The notes beneath the pieces were generated by a model that did no database searches, had not been told where the DNA came from, and was given only the letters and a program-made list of their open reading frames with translations. A stretch of 64,000 nt of DNA from Candidatus Omnitrophota bacterium (GTDB taxonomy: Bacteria > Omnitrophota > Gorgyraeia > Zapsychrales > Zapsychraceae), in the NCBI GenBank assembly GCA_029261055.1, contig JAJDCA010000003.1, positions 3,641 through 67,640 on the forward strand, in the 5' to 3' direction. The position numbers and the translations under genes were made by a program. Below are positions 56,201 to 64,000 of this stretch, one piece after another; position 1 is the stretch's first letter, and every line of letters begins with the position of its first letter.

Positions 56201-59200
56201 CAACGACTTCATCCGGAATATCAATTGGTATTATTTCTTCTTTTGACACAACATGCGTTCCCTGTTCATCATCAATTTTTATGCTTAAGTTAACCTTTAT
56301 TTCTACTGTTTCAGGTATTATTGAATATTCAAAATTTTGACCCAAGTCGTCATTCGATACAAACATCGCTATCAAATCACCCTCCGCATTTTCTGCATTA
56401 ATAGACCAAAGCCAATCTATGGCCTCGATGTTATCCACTTCTAAATCCCCGCTAAACTGTATTGTTTCACTATCAAAAAATTCATGGGTAAATAAAACGT
56501 CCTTGCTTGTACGAGTAGGACCGGATACTGCAGTATCTTCATCATCCAGTATCAGGACAATATGAGCCTCTGAATCTTCTGATTCTATTTTTGACGTTAC
56601 TGGATTTACAACATCATGCGACACACGTAAGGTAATATATACAGGCTCGGTAGGATCTTCAATATTTGTCGTTGCAAGTAAGTCGTGTGTTTTATTATCT
56701 ATGGGGGGGAAATATAATTTATCTGGAGTTGTTTTTAATAAAAGTTCTGCTTTTGAGGCAAAAACATTATCGCCTTTAATTAATGCCAACGTAAGTTCCA
56801 TTCCTTGTGGAAAATCATCACTCATTTGAAAATATGGCATTTGAGAATAAATTTCTATTTCATTACCCTCCGTCTTTTCCACAAAAAGCTTTACCTCGAA
56901 ACCTTCATCTAATTTTACCGGAGGTGTTCTTTTTGAAGGATCTACCGTGTCAAAAGTAACAACGTCGCCTCCAGATGAATATTTAAAACCGTTAACATCC
57001 GTTACAATTAGATTTATAAAAAAACGATTATAATCATCAAAGCTCCCAACAGGAAGAGTATAAATTGGATCTATTTCGGTAAGCGTAGTTGTAACTTTTA
57101 CATCATTTAAATCTGTCGATGTTATTCTCCATTCAAGAAGATCAACATCTAGGCCATCAATATCATTAAAAAATTGTACAGTTTGCGAATCTAAAACTTC
57201 ATAAGTAAAATCAATTAAATAATCTTCAGGATGACGGCATCCCTCCCCTCCGTTCAAAGACGTTCTAAATTTTGTTGGTACACTCAAAGTATTGCTTGCC
57301 GTAGAAGCCGGGCAGACATCAAAGGTATTATTTTGTACACCCAGTTCTCGTTTAACAATATCAATAGCCCGTTGATCAAATAAAATATCTCCATGCGGAT
57401 TGTCTGTTATTTGTGGTAAGGACGTAAAATTATCCCCCAACCCTCTTGTATAGTTCTGAACAAATATGTCATCCGACGGAAGGCTTGCCGGAGGAATATG
57501 TTTGTCTCCTTCTATGGCAATTACAAATTGATCCGCCTTTCCATTAAATTGGCTAACAGACTGAGGACTAAAAAGATTTTTCTGAATATCTCCATACGGA
57601 TACATTGCACGTGTTATATCTCCATATTTAGTGAATTTGGTTCCTATGGGAGCAAAACAAGATCTTGCGGTATTTGATCCACCTAATATTGGAGTTAATT
57701 CAATAGCTTTAAGTCCGCTGAATTCTCCTTCCTTTTCAAAACGCATGGCCTCGCGAAGGACAATAGCTCCATAGGAATGATCAATAACCGTAACGGAATC
57801 CCCCACCGGATTCTCTCGTTTAAACAGCCACCAATGATTAGCTAATTGCGATCCAAGAAGCTCAATTTTTTCAAGATAATCATACACAAAATAAACAATA
57901 TTGTATTCCTCCTTCAACTTATCATCGTTCAAGTAAAATGAAAAAATGTCTTTCGGAGAACGAGAATCAGCTCCGGGAATAAATAAAACCGTCGGTTTAC
58001 CGGCATCAAAACTCCCCAAAGAATAAATCCCAGGGGTTTCTGATATAGCCCCCCCTCCAACATCAAAAGGAATTTCACATGCACAACCGTCCCCTTCGTT
58101 CAGAGACGTTCTAAATTTCTCTTGTCCGCCCAAAGCACTGATGGTTGTAGACGCAGGGCAACCATCGCTATCTTCACCCCCATCAAGAAAAACTTCTATA
58201 TCAAACGTATTCGGTTCAACCACACCAAGCATTCTAATAGCGACATTTGTCACAGGATCATGAAAAACATCTCCCTTTTTCCATATAAAATCACCAGAAT
58301 TTCTTTTAGTAATAAGATGTGTGTCCCCTGTTGATATCCTCTCTCCAGCCATATATATGACAACTCCTTGATCTACCCCTGCCATATTATTGAAGGCTGT
58401 AGCTTTATTATATTCTACATAGATAGGCATGTTTGTACCACGGCCCAACTTTAAAATACTTGGTTTATCCTCTTGCATGGCTCTTAAAGGATAAAATGTG
58501 GTTACTCCTGCTCGTACTGCAGAACTATCCTCTTCCATAACAGCTTCTATACTTAAATCAAAAAATCCTGCTTTCTCTCGACGATACCCATTAAAATTAA
58601 GAACAAACCTATTTCCCATTGTGTCCCAAGGGTCAGCATAACTTTCGCTGCACCTGTCGGAATCATCACTAAAATCAACACAATTCCAAGAATTAGCATG
58701 ATCCCATTCAAATGTATGATGCCCCAATTCATGAGATAAAGTAGATGATTCCTCTTTATTATACGCCGTATTTACAATAATCACCTTGCTGTGACTTTTA
58801 ACAATGCTTTTATCGATATATTTTACCGACCCGCCAAGCGTATCAAGTTTTCTCAAACATGATCCATCCAAATGAATAAAAAATACAATAGCTGTATAAT
58901 CTTGAAAAATTATGTTATTGTCAGCCTTTTTAGTTACTTCTTTAACAAAGCTTTCAAAAATCTTAATTTCTTCAGCCCTATCACCACCACATAGTTGATT
59001 TGTAAACCCTGCGGTTATACCAAAACCATCTTCGCTGTAAGAATTATCTTTATTCATTTCGACTGTGTACCACCCAAAAATATCTGCCATCACAGAACTT
59101 ATTTTGCCATTTGAAATGGACGTATATAATTGATTCACATCGGAAACCATTTGATTTATTTCTGTATCTATAATGGGCTTTGACTGATCGTCCTGAAAAT

Positions 59201-62200
59201 TTACTTTAATAGCGGCAATTTTGATGTTTGAGGGAATGGAAGTGGAAGCTGAATTTATGACTTCGATACCGCTGCCTTGCGTGCTTACACGCCCCTTAAA
59301 AGCAATATGATGATCAATCCCAAAACCTCTTAGTTTAATCGTACTCCCTGAAATCACATTTGAGGGAAATCCCTGAGCCGGATAAAGAAAGAAGTGTGTT
59401 TTGTCTTTTGTTAATGAATAGAATACATCAGCCCTGCCTTCATTAAAATAATCTGCAATCGAAATCCCCAATACTCCTTCAACCTCCACTTCCTGTTCCA
59501 CACAACCCCTCACCTCTTCTGGCATTAAATTACGGACAGTCTTGGGAAGGATCAGCTCAAGCGCCTTTTCCGGGTTTTCCCGCATAGTTTTAATCAAAAG
59601 GGCTTTGCGTTTTCGAACAAAATCAAGAAGTCCACGATTGTCTCCCCGGCGTCTGGCATCAAAGATTTTTTGCGTGTTTTCTTCTAATGTGCCATTCGCC
59701 TCTGTCGCGCAGCCAAAACTATCTAGTGAGCCTTCATCCGTTTTTGGGGTGTCATCCACAATAGGTTTATCATCCTTTTCGTCGATACCTACCTTGACGG
59801 ATAGCGTATGGATATCTTTAGTTCCCCTTCGTCTGAGCTCTTGATAAGCGGTTAAAGTAACCGTATATTCTCCCGCTTCGGAAAATGTATGCGTGGGGTT
59901 TTCTTCATAACTTATATTGGTGTTTCCACCTAAAAAACCTCTTAAAATAGGAATGCCATATCCACCTAGACTTGTATTAGTTTGACTCTTGCGATCATCA
60001 CCAAAATTCCATGTAAAAGATTTAGCATTTAGAGATGAATTTTTAAACTTAACTTCAAACACCCCTTCCCGAATTTCGGTTACCTTATAATCAAAATCAG
60101 CTATGACGGCAGCCGGATCGAGGACTTCGATATAATCTGTTTTGATTTCCTGATCTGTATCTAAGGATAACGTGCTTCGTAAAAAAACTGTATATCTACC
60201 TGGTTCCGTATATGTGTGCATGGGGTTTTGTTCGATACTCTCCACCCCATTATTTTGATTCAAATCAAAATCCCATATCCATTGATCAGGATCGCCGATG
60301 GTTGTGTCGGTAAATTGAACCGTTAGAGGCGCGACTCCTTTTTTTATGGAAGAGTCAAAATTTGTAATAAATAGATTTGGTAAGGGGTTCTCATCATCAG
60401 CCGGTATAACGGTTATTGAATTACTGACACTAGGCCTAAAGAAATCCCCCGTAGTAGACTTTCCTCGAACTTCAAAGGTATACGTTTCACCTATTTCTAA
60501 ATTTAGGTTGTTGGCTGTTGCCAAATTAACTAGACCGACAGATGTCCAGCCTTGGATCTCTGTAAGGCCTACTGCTTTAAAATCAATTTTATTTGAAAAA
60601 ATTCGATACTGATATTCAATAATATCTGATTCAGGTTTATAGGGTGTCCAGGTAGCTTGGAGTTGTGTGAGTGAAGTGGTTGTTGGATTTATCGTGGTTA
60701 CCACAGGTATTGAATGGGTAAGAAGAACTAAACGTTCAAATGTTTTTATGACCTTTCCATCTGCTTTATTAATTTCTGCATAAAAAATATTTTCTCCAAT
60801 GCTCACTGTTCTTGTGTCCCAGGATAAAGAATAATTACGGTTTCCAGGAGTATCCGGGGCATTTTTCCCTACAGCATCGGATCCTAATAAAGCAGGATCA
60901 AGTATTTGGGTTCCGTTAAAAGGTTTTCTAAAAAACTTAACTGATGTAATATCTGCATTGTCTTGTACAGAAACTTTGAGGGTTACTTTACCGCTGATGT
61001 TCCTGTCTTCAGTGACTGGCGAAATTATGAGTTGCGCGCTATCCTTAATAGTTACCTCAACCTTCAGGCTTGTATCTGTTGACGGGCCTATTACGATATC
61101 CATACCAGAATCTTGTGTAGAAAAAGGCATATTTTCCAGAAAGTCAGCGTCATAAAAATCTTTTCTCGCATCATCAAAACTGTTGGGAGTCCCATCTAAA
61201 AGATACGTTTCAAACGGAGCTTTATTGTACATAATTAAAGCTCCAAAAGGTGGGTCATGGCTCCATTGGTCAAACTGGTATACATTTTTATCAAGACCTT
61301 TTGGTTGCCGAAATTCAACATAAAAATGTTCCCAGAATTTTGTCGTGTGTATCTTGAGTGCAAGTGATTTCTTTGCTAAATCTTCATAAGGATTTAACGT
61401 ATATTCATTTGATTTTTTCACATTAATTCTGTTTGTATCATCCAACCATCCGACAATATCTTTATTGGCAGCATGTGGATGAACTCTGCGACTCATAACA
61501 TCATAAAGGTTGGGTTCTTTTATGGAACAAGCTAACAAGGTATTTTCCGGAATAAAAACTTGATCGCCGCAGTCTAATCCCTGTGCATGATGAAATCCAA
61601 AATTATGCCCCATTTCATGTTCAGGAGCACCACCGGGTTCGCCTATTTCATTATATAAAAATTGTGTCTGTAGCCATGATATTGTGACATTAATGCTTTC
61701 ACCTGGATTAAGTAGAAGAGATCTCTTTCCAATTGTTCCAAACCCTGCCCAGTCGCAACCCAGATCATTTAACGGTGATATAATAATAATACGTTCATAT
61801 TGCTTAAAATTAATTGTTTCTTTTGATTTTTGCAAGACTGCTTCTAAGATGGTATCAGTATCGCAGGTCGCATTGATCGGCAATTTTTGCCAATCCACTA
61901 CTCTTCCGCTAAAAAATACTTTGCCAAACGAAACGTCCTGATAAAAAGAGTCGATTGAATCATTTTCGCCAAAAATACGGTTGTGCATTTGGTCTTTTGT
62001 AAAAGGTTCCTCTCTTTTGTCTTGAAAATTGGCAGGAATAACAATAGTTTTTTGCTCACCAAATATTTTGAAATCGGGTGTATTTAAAACAGATAACCCC
62101 ATGTTCTTCTCCGGAGTTTCCTGTGAAGGACGATTGAAATTCAATAATAAATGCGTATCAAAAAGAACCCCTGAAGCTTGAACAATGTTTCCTGAATGTA

Positions 62201-63998
62201 GCGGTCGATGAATGGGTGCTGCTGGATGCAATTGAATAGTCTGTTGGGTTGATATATTTAGTTTGTATTCCATCCAACTATTTCTATTATCAAAAGTATC
62301 AAATATTGTTACAGATAGAATCCCTTCCAGAGGGCCACTATCCTTTTCAATCCATTTCTCATTTAAAAATTGTCTAAAATTGATACGTTCTTCTTTTGTA
62401 AGTATTGAGGCTAGAATTTTAGAAATATCAGGGTTATTTTTGTTTAACTCTCCAATAGTTTTATCATCACCGATAAGAAGTTTCATCCGTCGTTCGGCAA
62501 TTTTGTTCATAAAATTCTCTAAAACAGTTTTTTCTCTTCCATTTGTCGTTTTATATTTTTCAAAAAACTTTCTTAAAACACCCGTAGCTTGACTAAAGGA
62601 AGAAAGGTCTGTATCAGGATTAAGTTCTAGAGTCACTATGATGGTGATAGGGTTGCTGCCTCTAATAAGTGTTTGTCTTTCTGGTGAGAATGTGAGACCG
62701 AGATCTAAATGATTTGGAATTTTGTCCAGAGCCACTTCAATAGTGCATCCTAAACAATTTACTCCGGAAGAGCTTCCATCTATTTGATATTCATATGTGT
62801 GTGTTGACAAATTATGCTTTACTTCTGATGAGTTAACCACTTGGCCACGGATATTTTTTAATTCTATGATAAGCCCTGTTAGGTCGACAAGGTCCTTAGT
62901 CAAATCATCACCGTTAAGAATAACATTGCCTTTAATAATGGAAGATGCATCATCTTTTTTTGGTGCATTCACTTTAACGGTTAGTGTATAGGTGTCGGAA
63001 TTGTCCTTACGTCCAAGTTCTTGATAAGCGGTTAAAGTAACCGTATATTCTCCCGCTTTGGAAAATGTATGCGTGGGGTTTTCTTCATAACTTATATTGG
63101 TGTTGCCACCTAAAAAACCTCTTAAAATAGGAATACCATATCCACCTAGACTTGTATTAGTTTGACTTTTGCGATCATCACCAAAATTCCATATGTAAGA
63201 TTTAGCATTTAAAGAAAGGTTATTAAATTTAACTTTGACCTCCCCTTCACGAACTTCAGTGGATGTGTAATCAAAATCAGCTGTTACATTTTCTTTATCA
63301 TCCGGTGTATCCGGATCCTTACCAATTGCGCGAAATGCACGTATGGTTTTTTTAGCTTTTCCCACAGCACTGTTATCATTGGTTACTGTAAGAGTGACAT
63401 CATAATTTCCCTTTTCAAAGGTATGTTCTGGAGAGGTTTTATGGCTGGATGTCCCATCCCCAAAATCCCATGCATAGATAGGATTTTTTAAAGTTGAGGT
63501 CTCGGTTAAATCAATGAAAGCAACTGTAAAAGGAGCTTGTCCACGTACTATTCTTTTTGTGTAATCATTTTCGTCTGTTTCGTCTCCCGGGATAGTGGTA
63601 AATGAAACTTCAGGGGCTTTATCGTTATCATCGCCTTTATCAATTAATATAGGGGACGTACATAAATCATCCTTCCCTCCATTTTGTCCAGAGCAGGTCC
63701 ATTTATATTCGGAGGAAGAGTCCCTAGAGTCAATAAAGGTACCGTTAGAACATCTATTTTTTAGAACACCACATTTACCGTCAACCGGTTTTGAAAGTTT
63801 GCAATCGGCATCTGATCCACTGTGTTTGCCGATGCATTTCCATCTGTCTTCCTTGAGAGAGTCGAGAGCAGGACGAAAGTCTCCTTCAGAGCAAGAATCA
63901 ATATTAGAACCACAGGTACCATTAACAGATATAGGGATTGAGCAGGAATCGGTCTTCCCCCCATTTTGTCCAGAGCAGGTCCATTTATATTCAGAGGA
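53226..63998 (-). CDS. giant surface/secreted protein (>3590 aa, start outside the window): Cys-rich repeats, multiple PKD domains, two M11-like metallopeptidase domains, alpha/beta hydrolase
   Basis: Manual translation shows the frame stays open from 63365 to the window end (AWDFGDG PKD, WTCSGQNGG repeats). Also HEMGHNFGFHH, HELGHH.F.WDH, DHSYG and many WxFGDG motifs. Confidence 0.88.
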   Translation of the reverse strand, partial: SSEYKWTCSGQNGGKTDSCSIPISVNGTCGSNIDSCSEGDFRPALDSLKEDRWKCIGKHSGSDADCKLSKPVDGKCGVLKNRCSNGTFIDSRDSSSEYKWTCSGQNGGKDDLCTSPILIDKGDDNDKAPEVSFTTIPGDETDENDYTKRIVRGQAPFTVAFIDLTETSTLKNPIYAWDFGDGTSSHKTSPEHTFEKGNYDVTLTVTNDNSAVGKAKKTIRAFRAIGKDPDTPDDKENVTADFDYTSTEVREGEVKVKFNNLSLNAKSYIWNFGDDRKSQTNTSLGGYGIPILRGFLGGNTNISYEENPTHTFSKAGEYTVTLTAYQELGRKDNSDTYTLTVKVNAPKKDDASSIIKGNVILNGDDLTKDLVDLTGLIIELKNIRGQVVNSSEVKHNLSTHTYEYQIDGSSSGVNCLGCTIEVALDKIPNHLDLGLTFSPERQTLIRGSNPITIIVTLELNPDTDLSSFSQATGVLRKFFEKYKTTNGREKTVLENFMNKIAERRMKLLIGDDKTIGELNKNNPDISKILASILTKEERINFRQFLNEKWIEKDSGPLEGILSVTIFDTFDNRNSWMEYKLNISTQQTIQLHPAAPIHRPLHSGNIVQASGVLFDTHLLLNFNRPSQETPEKNMGLSVLNTPDFKIFGEQKTIVIPANFQDKREEPFTKDQMHNRIFGENDSIDSFYQDVSFGKVFFSGRVVDWQKLPINATCDTDTILEAVLQKSKETINFKQYERIIIISPLNDLGCDWAGFGTIGKRSLLLNPGESINVTISWLQTQFLYNEIGEPGGAPEHEMGHNFGFHHAQGLDCGDQVFIPENTLLACSIKEPNLYDVMSRRVHPHAANKDIVGWLDDTNRINVKKSNEYTLNPYEDLAKKSLALKIHTTKFWEHFYVEFRQPKGLDKNVYQFDQWSHDPPFGALIMYNKAPFETYLLDGTPNSFDDARKDFYDADFLENMPFSTQDSGMDIVIGPSTDTSLKVEVTIKDSAQLIISPVTEDRNISGKVTLKVSVQDNADITSVKFFRKPFNGTQILDPALLGSDAVGKNAPDTPGNRNYSLSWDTRTVSIGENIFYAEINKADGKVIKTFERLVLLTHSIPVVTTINPTTTSLTQLQATWTPYKPESDIIEYQYRIFSNKIDFKAVGLTEIQGWTSVGLVNLATANNLNLEIGETYTFEVRGKSTTGDFFRPSVSNSITVIPADDENPLPNLFITNFDSSIKKGVAPLTVQFTDTTIGDPDQWIWDFDLNQNNGVESIEQNPMHTYTEPGRYTVFLRSTLSLDTDQEIKTDYIEVLDPAAVIADFDYKVTEIREGVFEVKFKNSSLNAKSFTWNFGDDRKSQTNTSLGGYGIPILRGFLGGNTNISYEENPTHTFSEAGEYTVTLTAYQELRRRGTKDIHTLSVKVGIDEKDDKPIVDDTPKTDEGSLDSFGCATEANGTLEENTQKIFDARRRGDNRGLLDFVRKRKALLIKTMRENPEKALELILPKTVRNLMPEEVRGCVEQEVEVEGVLGISIADYFNEGRADVFYSLTKDKTHFFLYPAQGFPSNVISGSTIKLRGFGIDHHIAFKGRVSTQGSGIEVINSASTSIPSNIKIAAIKVNFQDDQSKPIIDTEINQMVSDVNQLYTSISNGKISSVMADIFGWYTVEMNKDNSYSEDGFGITAGFTNQLCGGDRAEEIKIFESFVKEVTKKADNNIIFQDYTAIVFFIHLDGSCLRKLDTLGGSVKYIDKSIVKSHSKVIIVNTAYNKEESSTLSHELGHHTFEWDHANSWNCVDFSDDSDRCSESYADPWDTMGNRFVLNFNGYRREKAGFFDLSIEAVMEEDSSAVRAGVTTFYPLRAMQEDKPSILKLGRGTNMPIYVEYNKATAFNNMAGVDQGVVIYMAGERISTGDTHLITKRNSGDFIWKKGDVFHDPVTNVAIRMLGVVEPNTFDIEVFLDGGEDSDGCPASTTISALGGQEKFRTSLNEGDGCACEIPFDVGGGAISETPGIYSLGSFDAGKPTVLFIPGADSRSPKDIFSFYLNDDKLKEEYNIVYFVYDYLEKIELLGSQLANHWWLFKRENPVGDSVTVIDHSYGAIVLREAMRFEKEGEFSGLKAIELTPILGGSNTARSCFAPIGTKFTKYGDITRAMYPYGDIQKNLFSPQSVSQFNGKADQFVIAIEGDKHIPPASLPSDDIFVQNYTRGLGDNFTSLPQITDNPHGDILFDQRAIDIVKRELGVQNNTFDVCPASTASNTLSVPTKFRTSLNGGEGCRHPEDYLIDFTYEVLDSQTVQFFNDIDGLDVDLLEWRITSTDLNDVKVTTTLTEIDPIYTLPVGSFDDYNRFFINLIVTDVNGFKYSSGGDVVTFDTVDPSKRTPPVKLDEGFEVKLFVEKTEGNEIEIYSQMPYFQMSDDFPQGMELTLALIKGDNVFASKAELLLKTTPDKLYFPPIDNKTHDLLATTNIEDPTEPVYITLRVSHDVVNPVTSKIESEDSEAHIVLILDDEDTAVSGPTRTSKDVLFTHEFFDSETIQFSGDLEVDNIEAIDWLWSINAENAEGDLIAMFVSNDDLGQNFEYSIIPETVEIKVNLSIKIDDEQGTHVVSKEEIIPIDIPDEVVDACPAPKGLIPSDGGKTGQGLLEYRFPDEKNNPGQVSFKVSHVDTTKIMRWEFGDGVTQPGGITATRFYDEADRYTVNVISKNLTVMASQEVFVNRGQNGKLVKNSSFTRQSLSPSQFRTAVTADGQTCPNSLPFDNTSDGSSVTTFIIDPNVPTAFFREQSTSGRTVTYEDVSTGQVTGREWKVIDTKGDTLDDNDTVIKRGNNAVFEHAFNDGSYRVELTVSNKFGGHTFFINVNFSRGLKVTPQNRLVSESDFFTVEDSPFLSTRRAEGFMSVQASSSAESAPIADFKYYQRSFDPQEKYYFQSTSVGGGMSSHVWKFRNLKTGTETVLDEGSTNHREFTFMEKGRIVSPATYEVTLTVKNNLGQDAITKTVEWPMMPYASSVWSVDKNIVAGQNSCTNCLKVNVMPLYNRDWFDAKIYFERGDSLGGWGPADPNDSFVKSGFLIDQPGNFRSYTYADSNPANKRVRVVMNNKMQNEHKRTFTIVQELALPKGLDNRDNDGPVIDPPECVDVNDCSSGQKCNNLGQCVEISPPGCAETNCFDVFNIDSVTLNKEFVAENETVMLSIIVTGTPGANLNGRVYWGDGEEDSFNNGPRNFLIGSDGTYTATATTHEYKQSNFTKGLAPYTENYNISVEVSGDDKTVKKDVPVSVNHAGNAAFSIASLSAPSRVNIGKEFEIKAEISTVKTVNLAGRLSWGDGAKDIAPFTISPGNNFQINKLKTYTLPLTDPKEYAIRVKVHDNNYTQEQSKTITVYPDFWIEDGNVEINNDILDGSWGLANLKATIRAFDTTQTLHGSIDYGDGTVETIESFTVSSRKSLSYSHPYDPVSVEENYTVTLKLINDQGLSITKTYPDVKVIPQSLLTIKNFEILCDNPDGLGTVACGSDITSGDDVVIKAVISSQDSAIVKVEAVVDWGQDRVFDILAEDVKTVRIRPGQSETIRISHKYFNFSSESTRYPIKIKFFQVEDILDEGEIFLEKERSITINPKH
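59839..63211. repeat. ~190-bp near-identical direct repeat (59839-60031 and 63019-63211)
   Basis: Same sequence at offset 3180, encoding the two PKD domains with the SLGGYGIPILRGFLGG insert. Confidence 0.9.
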
Positions 63999-64000
63999 AG
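63655..64000 (-). repeat. tandem Cys-rich protein repeats (V.G.CG...C..G......W.C.G..GG....C)
   Basis: Two full units and one partial unit translated; 32-nt exact repeat at 63679-63710 and 63961-63992. Confidence 0.8.

Noticed and set aside
59839-63211. DGR template/variable repeat pair or mobile-element ends
   Set aside because: Both copies are in-frame coding sequence, the few differences are not clearly adenine-specific, and no reverse transcriptase or transposase is in the window.
63761-63964. 67-aa ORF in the track, or a frameshift at the start of the giant gene
   Set aside because: It is an alternative frame. The giant gene's own frame is open through to the window end.

Overview
AT-rich bacterial chromosomal window, most likely Candidatus Omnitrophota (OP3). 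This is an inference from the gene order and the two giant secreted proteins. The housekeeping backbone is rpsO-pnp-ftsK-rodZ-rimO-pgsA-pgpA and ribBA-ribH-nusB-PHP-ribD-ribE-fabZ-speD, plus nadC and a xanthine-dehydrogenase-family Mo enzyme cluster with xdhC/mocA. Four things stand out. (1) A RiPP-like signalling locus at about 13.4-24.1 kb. A 35-aa Cys-Cys precursor peptide missing from the ORF track (19047-19154, MEIIKKGAVDLKEMSALSCCWPPGTETMQTPEEVE) precedes a radical SAM/SPASM maturase. Around it are a TonB-dependent receptor, an orphan peptide-binding protein, a Cache-HAMP sensor kinase, a REC-AraC regulator and a divergent XRE-cupin regulator. (2) A 1742-aa secreted modular protein whose modules are delimited by repeated D-x-[AS]-M motifs, one module being an apparently intact phosphoglycerate kinase. 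(3) A c-di-GMP-I (GEMM) riboswitch with a ~71-nt insertion in its core, controlling two receiver genes. (4) A >3590-aa PKD/Cys-repeat surface protein with two zinc-metallopeptidase motifs and an alpha/beta-hydrolase, running off the window end. Two type II TA pairs are present. No rRNA, tRNA, CRISPR array or transposase was seen. All family calls come from motif recognition, not database searches.
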